Below, piece after piece: positions 11,981 through 24,255 of a stretch of DNA of 64,000 nucleotides. The position numbers and the translations under genes are program-made. A model generated the notes under the pieces. The model worked only from the letters and a program-made list of their open reading frames with translations. It did not search any database and was not told the DNA's origin. Source of the stretch: Chiloscyllium plagiosum (lineage: Eukaryota); the NCBI RefSeq assembly GCF_004010195.1, contig NC_057720.1, forward strand, positions 27,527,899 through 27,591,898. Direction: 5' to 3'. Each line of letters starts with the position of its first letter. Position 1 is the stretch's first letter.

Positions 11981-12679
11981 GTGAGTAACAAACATGTGCA
12001 AATCTGGGCATGGGCTTTCTATCAAGTAATCAGGGGGATGTCAAAGATGAATGTAACAGAGATAAATAGCGAAGAAATGTGTAGGATCTTTGAAGAATTT
12101 AAGAATTCTGTGTAAAGTATAATATTAATGTCTTTATTAGAGTCACTGCATGAAGGGAAGTCGGTAGTAGTAGTAGTAGCAGTACATTCATTAACCTTGG
12201 TGTAAGAATTGTTTTCTGGGCTGAAAGTGAACAGCATTAGAGATCGAAGTCTTGGCAGAATACAGATTTTATTAGATTATTCAATAAATTAATTCACGAC
12301 TATGTGTGATAAACAAATTTGCTTTTTTCAGTGCTAACTGATTTACCCAGTTTTGAAAAATATATAATATTCAAAACTCACGAGATCATGCAGTTTGCTG
12401 AGATCTATATTTACTATCGCATAAAAGAATCAGAAAGGTGGTGGTGAAGTCTCCTATTAATGGTTAATCTATCTTTGGAATTAAATATGCTTGCCAAGCT
12501 CAGTAAGTGCTATTATTTACAACACAATCCCACAAGGAGAGAATTGCTGAGATGTGATTCAAAGGGTTTCAATCATCCTAACACTAATAGTGCTTCTGAC
12601 CCACAAAATAGAATTTTCGTACACCACACACTTCACCTAAATTGTGAAATTGCATGTCTTAGCAGAGCCCCTAAATGAA

Positions 12680-12919
12680 TAAAAACGGAAGCAACTGCAG
12701 ATGCTGTAAGTCAGAAACAAAATCAGAAGTTGATGGAAAAGCTGGGCAGGGCTGGTAGCATCTGTGTAGAGAAATCAGAGGTAACGTTTCAGGTCTGGTG
12801 ACCTTTCCTTAGAACTCATGAGTTCTGAGGAAAGGTCACCGGATCTGAAATGTTATCTCTGATTTCTCTTCACTGCTGCTATCAGACCTGCTGAGCTTTT
12901 CCAACAACTTCTGTTTTTG
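12680..12919. mobile_element. Family B palindromic short element
   Basis: Inverted arms of ~100 bp (12718-12919) centred on AGAACTCATGAGTTCT (12811-12826); homologous to 56781-56915 and 63699-63916. Confidence 0.85.
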
Positions 12920-15581
12920 ATGCCCCTCTTAATGAAAAAGGCTCAACGTATTCACTGCCCTGATTATGGAAGTTCAGTATGTGAATATTGGAACATATAA
13001 TGGAGAACTCAATAATAGTATCATTCTTGTTCTGTTTAGTGAATTGTAAAACTATTAATTGGCATAATTTGTACACATGTAACTTTTCCATGACCTTTCA
13101 CTCTAATGTTAGAGAAATTTTATGTAAATTATGATCAAAGTAGTCTTGATTTAGGCCTTTATTATGAAATCCAGGCCAAATCACATGCTAGATTCCCAGT
13201 AAATTTTAAACTGGTTGTTTTCAACTAATATTTGTTCAGTGTCTTCTGATTGATAGCAGTGGCAATAAGTATGTTATGCTAAGAAAATCTGTTTAGAATT
13301 TAAATGTAAAACTATGTGGACAAGCTAAAAAGAAAAGATGAAATAGTATTCAATTGTTGAGTCTTTTGTGGAAATTAAGAAAATGGAAAACATGCAGCAT
13401 ATAGTTTTGTTGACCACTTCTCTTTGACATCCCTGCATTACCATTTTGCACTGAGATTTCTGTGCTTTCTCTGAACTAACCCAGTTGCATGAGAAATAAT
13501 CTTGCTCGAAGAATCTAATGGACATTCTATTTGTAGATGTGTTGCAATGATGCTGGCACAATCTGTGCTTTTTGTTTGCTGTGTTGCGTGTGATGTGTTG
13601 CTTGTTGAGATTTGCTTCCTGGTTTTGAACTGGTTTTGTATAAATCCAGTAGGGCTGGATCACAGAACTGGGCAGTTCTCCAGAAGGTATAGGCAACAAA
13701 CCTTGATAAAGATCAGCCTGTCTTGTTTTTAACATACACTGAAAGATTTGTGATAATAAACTGGAAAGGATCAGTGAGAGCGAACAAAGCCCACAGTCAA
13801 CTGTATTTGCAGTGCAGGAAGCAAGCAAATCTCTTTATAAATGTAAATTTCTGATTCTTTGCCTGAGGATACTTTTTGAGAGCATGCTTTCCACCAAATA
13901 GACTGACAGTCCTTTATCAATTCTTTTTATTTGTATTATAGACTGTAAATTTCAAGATGGCAAATTTCTAAGAGCTAGATCTAATTTATCAGTAATGCCC
14001 AAATTGAAATTTCCCTCACTGTACTCTTGTTGACGGTCTTGCTATAATCCTTTTCACAAAGTCACAGAAGTGTTATGGGACAGAAGGGGCCGATTCGGCA
14101 TATCGTGCCTGCACCAACTTGTTAAAAGAGCATCATTACCTAGTGCTAACCTCTTGCTTTCCGCCCTACTTGTGCACATTATTTGGATCCAAATAATCAT
14201 CCATTGCCCTGTTGAATGCCTCTTTTGTTCCAAGTTTTTGGGACATTGCTGCCCCTTTAATGCTGACCCTATTGGCACTTTTACACTTCATACTGTTTAT
14301 AAAGAGCCACTAACAGTCTACACCTGCTGGGATGTCAGCATGAATACTTAATAATCCACCAACTCTGCTGACTATGCCAGGGTCATGAAGTAAATTAGAC
14401 GTAAGAGGGAAATTCAGCCAAACTTGTTTAGTTAGTAATTTCCACCATAGCTACTAAAAGTAGTGGGATTGTTGTAGAATAGACACACAAGTCAGTATGT
14501 TTAGTTGAATGGTATATTTAGTGAAATGGTGTGGCCAGGTATAGAGCAATTTTCCACCCCAAGTTATATATTGCTTTCCAAACAGAATATTGCTTGACAC
14601 AGATTTTAAAACAGCAGAGCTTCAATTCCTAATTTGGAAAAGGGCAAGAAAGCAATCTGGTTATACAGTTTAATGTTCAGATGACCAATTTGGTAAAATT
14701 AAAAATCATTTTAGCATACACCCAGTCCATGGATGGAAATATCAACCTGTGTGAGTAGGCTCTATCATAGGGAAAATCAAGGGTTGCATTATTTTCAAAT
14801 GAACAAAGAGTATCTCTATCCGTTCAAAAACGAACAGCTTTTAATGATGACCTGGACCAGTCAGAGCCTTATACAGTTGACAGTAAGAGATTAGATAAAG
14901 TTGGGAATATGTACAGCTGTGTGCATGTGTGGAAATGGTGGTTAGCAGTGCATTGGTGTTGCTTTTTGATTTCTAAAATATATTGCCTGAGTTAATCTTA
15001 GTTGATTTAATGCATTATTCCCTTTTTATGTTATTAATTTTTGTGATATTTCTGTGCTTTGTTGAGTTCAGCATTTTAGTTCAAACAAGGACTGATGGAA
15101 GATGTGGTCACTTCACCTGGATTACACACCAAAAGAATTTAATTAGCTAGGATGGAAATTTAATTGCAATCATTGATGCTAAGTGCATTGCTAAATTGTT
15201 TCTAATTATTTTCAACTTTGATGTGCACTTTTATTCCTTTAAATTAATTAATACAATCTCAGTCTGAGTTCCTTTAAAAGCATTCTGATTTTTCTCACCA
15301 CTGATAATGAAATATTTAAATCCATGCTAATTATTAATCAATTGCAAAATGTATTTATGAAAATCATGAACTATTTATGTATCATGCTATTGTACTAAAT
15401 TGTTGAAACCTTCATATATCTCATTAACTCTTCCATGTTGGTTCATGTTTTCCCCCTTGCCCTGTGCCAGTCAGACCTCTTTTGTATAACCCATTGGATC
15501 CTAATTGTTTGTTATGCAGGTGTTCTGTATGGATAGATGAACATTAAATAAACTATTTGCTTTTCATACATTTAACAATAG

Positions 15582-15699
15582 GAAGCCATTATTGGGGGAC
15601 TGATGCCTGAAACAACATATTCCATTACTGTGGCAGCATATACGACCAGGGGGGATGGAGCCCGTAGCAAACCCAGGCTGGTTACTACTTCAGGATCTG
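15582..15699 (+). CDS. PTPRF: PTPRF exon: FN5 C-terminal part ([39 protein letters not shown])
   Basis: TAG acceptor and GTAAGT donor; 118 nt, phase 0 to 1; canonical LAR-family [16 protein letters not shown] motif. Not in the ORF track. Confidence 0.95.
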
Positions 15700-16498
15700 G
15701 TAAGTGGGGAGATCATCTTACATTAACCGTAGCCTCAGATGAGTTCTTCTGGCAAAAAAAAATCGAGAGAAGTTTTTAATGCAACTTGGTATTGACACTG
15801 CACTCCCATTCCTCACTACACCAATGCCACATTACTTATAAATAGATTACACTTCCAACATTAGCATAAAATAGAAAATGGCAACATGTTAAGAGCAAAT
15901 GAAATAATACACGTGCAGAATGAAAATGTACCATATGCTTTTCTGTGGGTATAATGTTGAAAGTTGTTAATACAATGCTTTATTAAAAGAGGACTTGTTA
16001 AATTGAGGCAAGATCCCATCAGTATGTGCTTCACCTTTCAAAAAGAACCATAAGATAACTGGAGTCCTGCCAGGATATCAAGGTCTGTAGGCCTTGTAGG
16101 ATTCTTTGCATAGGTGAAGTAGGTGGTTACTGTCACCTGTAATGATGGTGTGTCGTTATATAGACCTGGTAATATTGCACTGATGACGAAATTAGCAAGA
16201 TCGGAGAAAAAGTTTAATTGGAAAATTATTGTTATTGTTTTATGGAGCACATCTTTATTAATTTCTTCAAATAGATTAGAAAAAGAAAGACTCAGTGTCA
16301 ATGAACTCAGTATTTATAAATATCATGAGCCAAATGCTAAACAACTAACAGTGTTTTGGAAGTATTGACTTGGATTTGTTTCTGATTCATTGTCTTTGCA
16401 ATGTGTAATTATTTTAGAACTAATGCCTACAAGAGTGAGTAATGGAGATGTACTCATGAGTTAACCAATATTCAGCTTAACTTTGCTTTATTCTTCAG

Positions 16499-17077
16499 TT
16501 CCAGGTATGCCTGCAATGGTTATCAGTGTCACTAAAATGAACACTGCCCTCATTCAGTGGCAGCCACCACAACAAATGGTGGATGATCTGCTAGGTTTCC
16601 GATTACAGTATAGTCGGACTGATGAAGATAAGCCAAACATTATTGAACTTAGTAAGAATGATAACCATTACACAGTAATGAACTTACACAAAGGGGCCAC
16701 ATACATCTTCCGGTTGAGTGCCAAAAACAAAGCAGGATTTGGTGAGGAGACTGTGAAAAAAATCGTAACACCAGAAGATGTGCCAAATGGGTTCCCCCAA
16801 AACCTACATGTTGTGGGACTTACAACATCCACCACTGAGCTTTCATGGGACCCACCAGTTATGGCGGAGAGGAATGGGAAAGTGATCCTCTACACAGTGT
16901 TGTTCCGTGATATCAACAGCCAAAAGGATCTCACCAATACTACTAACGAAACTCAGATAACACTGAGCAGTCTAAAACCAGACACTACTTATGACATTCG
17001 AGTGAGAGCTCACACTTCCAAAGGGCATGGTCCATACAGTCCTAGTATTCAGTCCCGTACCATGCCAGTTGACCAAG
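16499..17077 (+). CDS. PTPRF: PTPRF exon: FNIII repeats 6-7 (VPGMPAMVIS...IQSRTMPVDQ)
   Basis: ttcttCAG acceptor and GTAAGG donor; 579 nt, phase 1-1; two FNIII repeats within ORF 16483..17115. Confidence 0.96.
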
Positions 17078-17924
17078 GTAAGGAATTTTGTCAAATCAAA
17101 ACCTTGCGTGAATGATGGTTGGCAATGAACCCAAAATTCCAAAAACATTTCTCCATTACTGAAATGAAATACCTGCTCAGTTGCTGTGAGCTAGCAGTGT
17201 CCTACATCATTGGTTTTGATAATTTACAGACCGATGCAACAAAGGCAAACATTCACTTGTACAAAAAACCTGAAAGGCCCAAAGATTATTCCCTCTAAAA
17301 TTGCTACCTTTTGGGCAGACCTGGACATATCTGGTTTATACCACCTTCCGAAGAGCATTCTTACTGTCATCCCTACCACATCTCCAATTGTCAAAATAGT
17401 TCTTATATTCGTTGGAATGTCTTGAAATTACTTGGGCTGCAAAGTGTGTGATTGTTATTGCCCTCATTCTTAATCTCTTTTCAACCACTGGAAGTTTGGA
17501 TTTAATGAGTTTCTTTAAGACTTTATTCCTGATCAATTATGCCAATTTATGGATTTCACTGATGGTTTGTCTTTATTGCATGATACGTTTGTGCAGCACC
17601 TTTTTTTATTTAAATTTTTTATAGATTACTATTGCATTACACTGGAGACTGATTTTGTTTTGTGTAGTAATGAGGAATTACTTAGCTCATGTATTCTCCA
17701 GAATGCTAGAGTTGCAGTCACAGCCATACTATTGAGGAAATCCCAAGAGCATTACCAGAACTTGAGGTAAAAAGCTTAATCTTCCCCTTCCAAAAAGAGA
17801 AATGGTGTAGAAAGTGGCAAAAGGAGAAGAAAATCAAGCAGATTGGTGTCAAGGAAGTGTTCGTTGCCTTCCTGCCACTACATAAATGATGTTTTGGAAA
17901 CAAATACCAAAGCTTCACAGCAGG

Positions 17925-18020
17925 TATTCTTGTGGTGCAGTGGTAGGGTCCCTACAAAGTTTAGGAAGCCCGGGTTCAGACCCTACTTGTTCCAGAGGTA
18001 TGTAACATCCCTGGAAAATA
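17925..18020 (+). mobile_element. tRNA-derived SINE head (related copy at ~58675-58780)
   Basis: A-box-like TGGTGCAGTGG and B-box-like GGTTCAGACCC; shares ccagaggt.tgtaa with the 58.7-kb copy. Confidence 0.55.
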
Positions 18021-18208
18021 TCTCGAACCTGCACCAAAGAATGAATAATTAAACCTCTCTGACTGTACAGCTAAGAAGCACTTGAAAATCATGCTGGTAA
18101 TGTAGTATTGGTCCCAAATGGGTTGCTACAGGTTTCATGTTCTATAAAATCTATCCTCATTTAGATGCACATATGTACAGGAACTGATACTTTTGATCTT
18201 TTCCACAG

Positions 18209-18306
18209 TGTTTGCGAAGAACTTTCGGGTCAAGGCAGTGATGCAGACATCAGTGTTATTGAGCTGGGAAGTACCAGAAACATACAAGCCAGGCGTCTCT
18301 TTTAAG
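18209..18306 (+). CDS. PTPRF: PTPRF exon: FN8 start ([33 protein letters not shown])
   Basis: ttccaCAG acceptor and GTTGGT donor; 98 nt, phase 1 to 0; LAR-like VFAKNFRV...[10 protein letters not shown]. Confidence 0.93.
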
Positions 18307-18326
18307 GTTGGTATGACAATAAACAG

Positions 18327-18596
18327 TAGGTGCAGGAGTAGGCCATTCTGCCCTTCAAGCCAGCACCACCATTCATTATGATCATGGCTGATCATCCTCA
18401 ATCAGTATCCTGTTCCTGCCTTATCCCCATAACCCTTGATTCCACTAACCTTAAGAGCTCTATCCAACTCTTTCTTGAAAGTATCCAGAGACTTGGCCTC
18501 CACAGCCTTCTGTGGCAGAGCATTCCATACACCCACCACTCTCTGGGTGAAGAAGTTTCTCCTCAACTCTGTTCTAAATGGCCTACCCCTTATTTT
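18327..18596 (-). mobile_element. 5'-truncated CR1 3' end
   Basis: ORF 18402..18656 reads FRTELRRNFFTQRVVGVWNALP; TAAACAG flanks both sides (18320-18326, 18597-18603). Confidence 0.9.
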
Positions 18597-18739
18597 TAAA
18601 CAGACCAGAAGTAAGGTCAAAGCAGTGCTATTTATAAAGAAGTATAAGTAATACACAGTATTTTGTCACCTATATTTCTAAGTGTTCTAAATAAGTTTCC
18701 TTCTTTCACTCACTCCTACTACATCATAGTGTTCTCTGT

Positions 18740-19900
18740 CATTCTGCAGGTAGAGGGAGCTTGTTAACCCTGGAAATTTGGTCAGAGACCCCCAGGGGCA
18801 TTTGTGTCTGGTGGCACAAGACATGCCTAGGGTAGTTCATCAGAGAGAGGCAGGCAGAGTGATGGCAGCCCTGCATGACCCTTTCTGGAGAGTCCTGAGT
18901 GGAGATTTTGTGAATGTTGCATATAGTTCCTGTTGCAGCTGAATCTCTCATCACATTGCCTTGTGTGAGAAAAGGCACCTATTTCGCATACCAAGTTCTC
19001 CATCTCCTTGCGCCAAGCCTTCAGCCCTGAGGACTAGTAGCTGGGGTGATGAGATGCAGATATGCCAGCTCTCCAGCAGACCCAGAGGGTGTTGGAACCG
19101 GCTCTCCTTGGCACCTGTTAACCTGTCAGTGGAAGCAATACTCTCCTCCTCAAATGTTAAGGAGCTGATTTCTGAGAGGGCTGGTCATTTCTCCGTAATG
19201 CTGGTGAATATGCTGCATTACCTGCAAGACAAAAGAAAGAGAAGGCATTGCAGCCAGGTGTTAGAAGTGATATCTAATTAATGAGACTGATAGCACGGTT
19301 ACTATGAGAACTGCACTGTAGTCAAAACAGGTACTTATTCAGTTGGTGGCACGTGGATGTCTTGACATCCCTGTAGAAGAAGTCCCAGTAGTCTGCGAGA
19401 GCCAAGATTCTTTCTCTATATGGGATGAAGAGCCAGATATCTGACACCTCTTCTCCTATACAAGCTGTCTCTGCGTAGTTATGATTTGACTCCTCCTGTT
19501 ATGAGTGAAAGGGAAGATTAAATGAAATGTAAGTGGGTTTTTAGTCCTGATGTAAGTGGAGTATAGTGATGAGGTGTCACGCAGCAATAAGGAGGCATCA
19601 CAGACAACATTCATATTGTGGGAAGTAGTGGAGAAGGTGAGAACCACTGGAGGATGATGTTGCAGGCAATAGTGAGAGTTGCAGTGCTTGAGCCTTATTG
19701 GCAGATGGTTCTGCTGTCACAATTCCTCTGCTGGTCCTCCGAGTAGAGGGCATTACACTACAACGTCCAACAAGACCTCCAGGTCCCTATTGGGGAATTG
19801 TGGTATCATCTTCTCCTTCTCCAACATGTTCAGATTCCGACCGTCAATGAGCAAGATAGCTTCATAATGCCAGTGCTCGTCCAGGTGCACAGATGCCATT
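18740..19900. mobile_element. GC-richer decayed repeat, possibly a PIF/Harbinger-type DNA transposon relic
   Basis: Composition shift and only faint transposase-like remnants on the - strand; no intact motif. Confidence 0.25.
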
Positions 19901-19959
19901 TAAAGTTGGTCCAGTCCCAAAGGATGGAAATCCTTCCAAAGGTATTCAGTGCAACTCAG

Positions 19960-21270
19960 ACTTAGTCAAAGAAAAGTAAGATTGAGTCCATATAGTCAGA
20001 ATTAATGAGTAGGCAACAAGTTGGCAGATGGACTATAGTTTGGGCAAGTGTGAGGTTATTCACTTGATTGTAAGAGTGGAAAAGTAGAATACATTTCAAA
20101 AGGCATGAAACTTGTCAGTGTAGATGTTCTGAGACAGCTGAGCGTACTTGTACAAGGAACACAAAGTTTGCACGCAGATATGGCAAACAATTAGAAAGCA
20201 CACTTCATGTTGGCCCAGACTGCAATGGGATTGGAGTTTAGTAATTAGGAAGTCTTGCTACACCATATAGGCTGAGAATATTCCCACTGCATTGATGAGA
20301 CCATTCCTGGAGTATTGTGCACAGTGTTTGATTCCATAATTGTAGGAGGACATACTTGAATTGTTGGTCGGCTCAGTAGATTGTTTCTAAGAGTGGGAGG
20401 GTTGACCTTTGAAGACAGAATAAGTAAATTTGGCCTGTATTCTCCTGAGATAGAAGATTGAGAGATGATCTAATTGAAGTATGTAAAATTCTTAAGGGAT
20501 TTGTCAACATAGACAAAGAGAGATTGTTTCACCTGACTGAGGAATCTTAAAACACTGGGGCATTGTGCCAGGATATGAGTCCAATTACTTAGGACTGAGA
20601 TGAAGAGAAATTTCTTCATTCAAAGAGTTGTGAATCTTATGTTGTCTACAGCAGAGGATTGTGAATTTCATCTATTTAAGATTGAGATAGACATATTTTT
20701 GGTCTGCCAAAATTGTTGGTCACAAATTTGCGACAGTGCAGAAAGAAGCCATTCAGCATATCATGTCTGCATTGGCTTTCCATGTATTTTAACTTGGTGC
20801 CAATCTTCCTCTTCCTTGCAAAGCTCAACATTGTTTCTATTTAAATAATGATTGGATTATCATCGAATAATCACGCCTTCTTGAATTCCGCAGTTGAACT
20901 GCCTCCACCATATTTCCATACCCTATTTACTTGCTGTGTTTGAAACTTTTTCCTCCTCTCATGTTTACTTTGTTTGCAAAACATTTTAAAACTACCATTT
21001 GATTCTCGATCCATTTACAAGTGTAACAGTTTCTCCCTATCTGCTCTGACCAGACTGTTGATGATTTTGAAAACTTCTGTCAACTGTTCTTTTAGTCATC
21101 TTTCCAAGGAAAACAGTCCCAACTTATCCAATCTTTCTTCATAGCTGAAGTGACTTGTTGCTGAGCCTACTCTTGTAAACTCTTATGTACTTTCTCTAAT
21201 GCATTCCTTCCTATAGTCAGGCACCCAGAACTATACAACATACCACAGCTAAGGTCAGTATCTTATAAGC
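19960..21270. mobile_element. Two decayed CR1 3' fragments, tail to tail (+ ~19960-20710; - ~20740-21270)
   Basis: MKRNFFIQRVVNL on +; the reverse copy begins gaagccattcagc and contains cccagaactatacaaca. Confidence 0.75.
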
Positions 21271-22837
21271 GTTCATGCTCAGAGAATAGGTTTATTGTAT
21301 TGTAATAATGCTAACATATATAGATTATATTTTTTAAGCAACTGAGTGGAAGGTTTGCACTATAATACTAAGTGGAACTTTCACCTCCAAGTGACACGTG
21401 ATATCATTGCTCATTCACTGTCTGGGTCAAAATCCCAGAATGTAGCTCACCACTACCTTCTTCACAGCAATTGGGCAGGGTAACAAATTCAGACTTTGCT
21501 AATAATACTCACATCCCATAAACAAGTTTTTTTTCTTAAAAAAGTTAAATAGAAATAACTGGAACATCTTGTTTAAAAGGTCTAGCAAAGATGTTTTGAT
21601 CATTATTTGTACATGATGAAACTGAGAGGTTTTTGTAAAATGGTACCTGTAATTATGTTTGTTATAACCTATAACACAAACCAAGTTCTGACATGGTTGA
21701 ATATTAAGGATTTGTAACTGCAGTAGGATATCCCACCTGTCAAAGACTATTTGTGACTTGTGAATGGAACTAAAATACTTGAACTAATGAAAAGTTACTT
21801 GCCTTATAATGCATGCTGCTGGGATTAGTGTACAACACTTTTTAGGTTTGAATTTTCCAAAGCTGACATTCCTGGCAGATGCAGTTTGAAACACAAACAG
21901 CTCAGCAATCGCATACTTCAATTTCATTTTTGGTTGGTCTCCTTTTCTGAGTTTCTCTAGAGACAGATTTTTAAATGCTTATCTCTATGACATGGCAATA
22001 ATAATAAGAAAGTGGATTTTGGTAAATAAAGGCTTACCTTTCCCAGGATCTCAGCATGACACTATATTAATATCCTGAGGTTGGTGCTCTTACTGTCGAT
22101 CTAAATGAGAACTATCCCTGGTATTTCATGACAAACAATGACAGTACAGCATTTAATTAATCTGGATTTACTGATCTTGAGCTTAGTCACAAGTAAGTAA
22201 AATATTACATTTCAGCAGTATACGTTTTAATGTTTCTTTATCTGTAAAATCTTACTTTAAAGTTAAACTTATATGTGGGCCCTTGTATGGTATGTTTCTT
22301 TTACAAATAACAGTGTTATACTGAGTGATCAGACCAGATTAAATGTGATTGATTGTGTACATGATATCTCTGAAGCAATAAAATTATTGAATCATCTTTC
22401 AAGTGTGTTTATTTTTAAATTTCTTTATTTCACTGCAGCTAATGTTGCAAATTCCTCCTGACTTGTGCAGATTTCAAAGATCCTCTTGCACACATTAACA
22501 ATAACAATACTGCCATTTATCCATTAAGGTTGTGAAATATTCCAACAGCAATAACATTTTTAAAATGACTAAAGCCAAAGGAGTGAAATGCTTTATCAAA
22601 AAGGTAAATTTGAACAAGTGTCTTAAAGAAGGAGGCAAAATGGTGTTTAGGAAAGGAATTCACAGCTTCCACTGCTGAAAACATGGCTACCAATGTAGGA
22701 ATAAAGAAACTTATAAATGCATGGGTCCAGAATTGAAGGCATCCAGAATACATAATTAGTTGTAGAGCTGTAAATGGTTACAGAGATTGGGGGTGTGATG
22801 CAATGGAGGGCTTTGAAAACTAGGATGAGAATTATCC

Positions 22838-24255
22838 TCAGCCCTCCTCCTACCTATGTCATTGGTGCCAATGTGGACCACGACTTCGGGCTGCTCCCCC
22901 TCCCCCTTAAGGACCCGGAAAACACGATCAGAGACATCACGTACCCTTGCACCTGGGAGGCAACATACCAAACGTGAGTCTCTCTCGCCCCCACAAAACC
23001 GCCTATCTGTGCCCCGAACTATCGAATCCCCAATTACTAGTGCTCTGCTCTTCTCCACCCTTCCCTTCTGAGCAACGGGGATAGGCTCCGTGCCAGAGGC
23101 CTGAGCCCCATTACTTACCCCTGGTAAGTCGTTCCCCCACAAGTATCCAAAACGGTATACTTGTTCTTGAGGGGAACGGTCGCAAGGGGTCTCTGCACTG
23201 GCTGCTTCCTCCCAGTCCCCCTCACTGTCACCCATCGGTCTGCAATCTTTGGAGTTACTACTTCCCTAATGCTCCGATTTATGACCCACTCTGCCTCCCG
23301 AATGATCCTAAGTTCATCCAACTCCAGCTCCAGTTCCCTCACACGGTCTTGGAGGAGCTGGAGATGGGTGCACTTCCTGCAAGTGTAATCAGCAGGGACG
23401 TCCATGGCATCCCTCACCTCAAACATGTTGCAAGAGGAACATTGCACTGCCTTCACTGCCATCCCTCTAAAAGTAACCTTTTTAAAAAAAAAAACTGGGT
23501 CTAAAGAATAGAACAAGCAAAATGCAGCACTTACCTACTTACCACAACGGGTTTTATTATTAGGTTAGAGGAGGAGGGAGGGTGGGAGGCACTACCTCTG
23601 TAGTGCCTCGGGTTCTTCTCCTGCGCGCTTTTATAGGGAAAAAACCTATCTGGCTGCCCCTCTGGTCTTCGTCACTTCCCCCTGCTGCTCCCGCTTTTTC
23701 TGTGAAAAGAAAAAAAAAACACCGCTGCCCACTGCCGGTAAGTAATTTTAAAACAAACTGTCTCACCTTAGCTGTAGCCTTCCGGGTTCCTTTACACTCT
23801 GCTGCTGCTTGCACTCAAAATGACCGTTGGCGTCGAAGGGTGAGTATTTATACTCACTGCTTTCCTTCCCGGCTGCCCCTCTGGTCTTCGTCACTTCCCC
23901 CTGCTGCTCCCGCTCTTTCTGTGAAGAGAAAAAAAAAACACCGCTGCCCACTACCGGTAAGTAATTTTAAAACAAACTGTCTTACCTTAGCTGTAGCCTT
24001 CCGGGTTCCTTTACACTCTGCTGCTGCTCGCACTCAAAATGCAGCCTTCAGACCTAACAGTCTCTCCAACACCATTTCCTGCCTAATATAAATTCCCTTC
24101 TGTTCAGGTCCTTCAGCCACTACTACATCAGGGAGATTGCTCGTATCTTCCCCAGTGAAGACAGATCTAAAGTTCCAGTTCAACTCTTCTGCCATTTCTT
24201 TGATCCCCGTAATAAATTCACCTGTTTCTGTCTTCAAGGGCCCAATTTTAGTCTT
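22838..24255 (-). mobile_element. CR1 5' region: ORF1 (Cys finger + leucine zipper + SGNH esterase, frameshifted), repeated 5'UTR and an ORF2 piece
   Basis: VQCSSC...YTCRKC..LQLLQDRVRELELELDEL (23115..23516); GDSIVR...PGARV...VHIGTND (22756..23235); IGPLK...EMAEELN..F.SVFT.ED (24042-24255). Confidence 0.92.
23652..24041. repeat. Two near-identical 171-bp direct repeats (23652-23822, 23871-24041)
   Basis: Direct comparison shows only a few substitutions; period 219 bp; GC/CpG-richer than the surroundings. Confidence 0.92.

Noticed and set aside
12164..12184. (GTA)n microsatellite
   Set aside because: Only about five units; unremarkable.
13325..13828. 167-aa - strand ORF
   Set aside because: No recognisable domain, antisense within an intron and no splice context; likely chance.
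23772..23839. Sense-strand pseudo-exon in the CR1 UTR (TAG...GTGAGT)
   Set aside because: 68 nt, frameshifting, short pyrimidine tract and repeat-derived; no support without RNA data.
23582..24091. 169-aa ORF with an internal repeat
   Set aside because: Antisense reading of the duplicated CR1 5'UTR.
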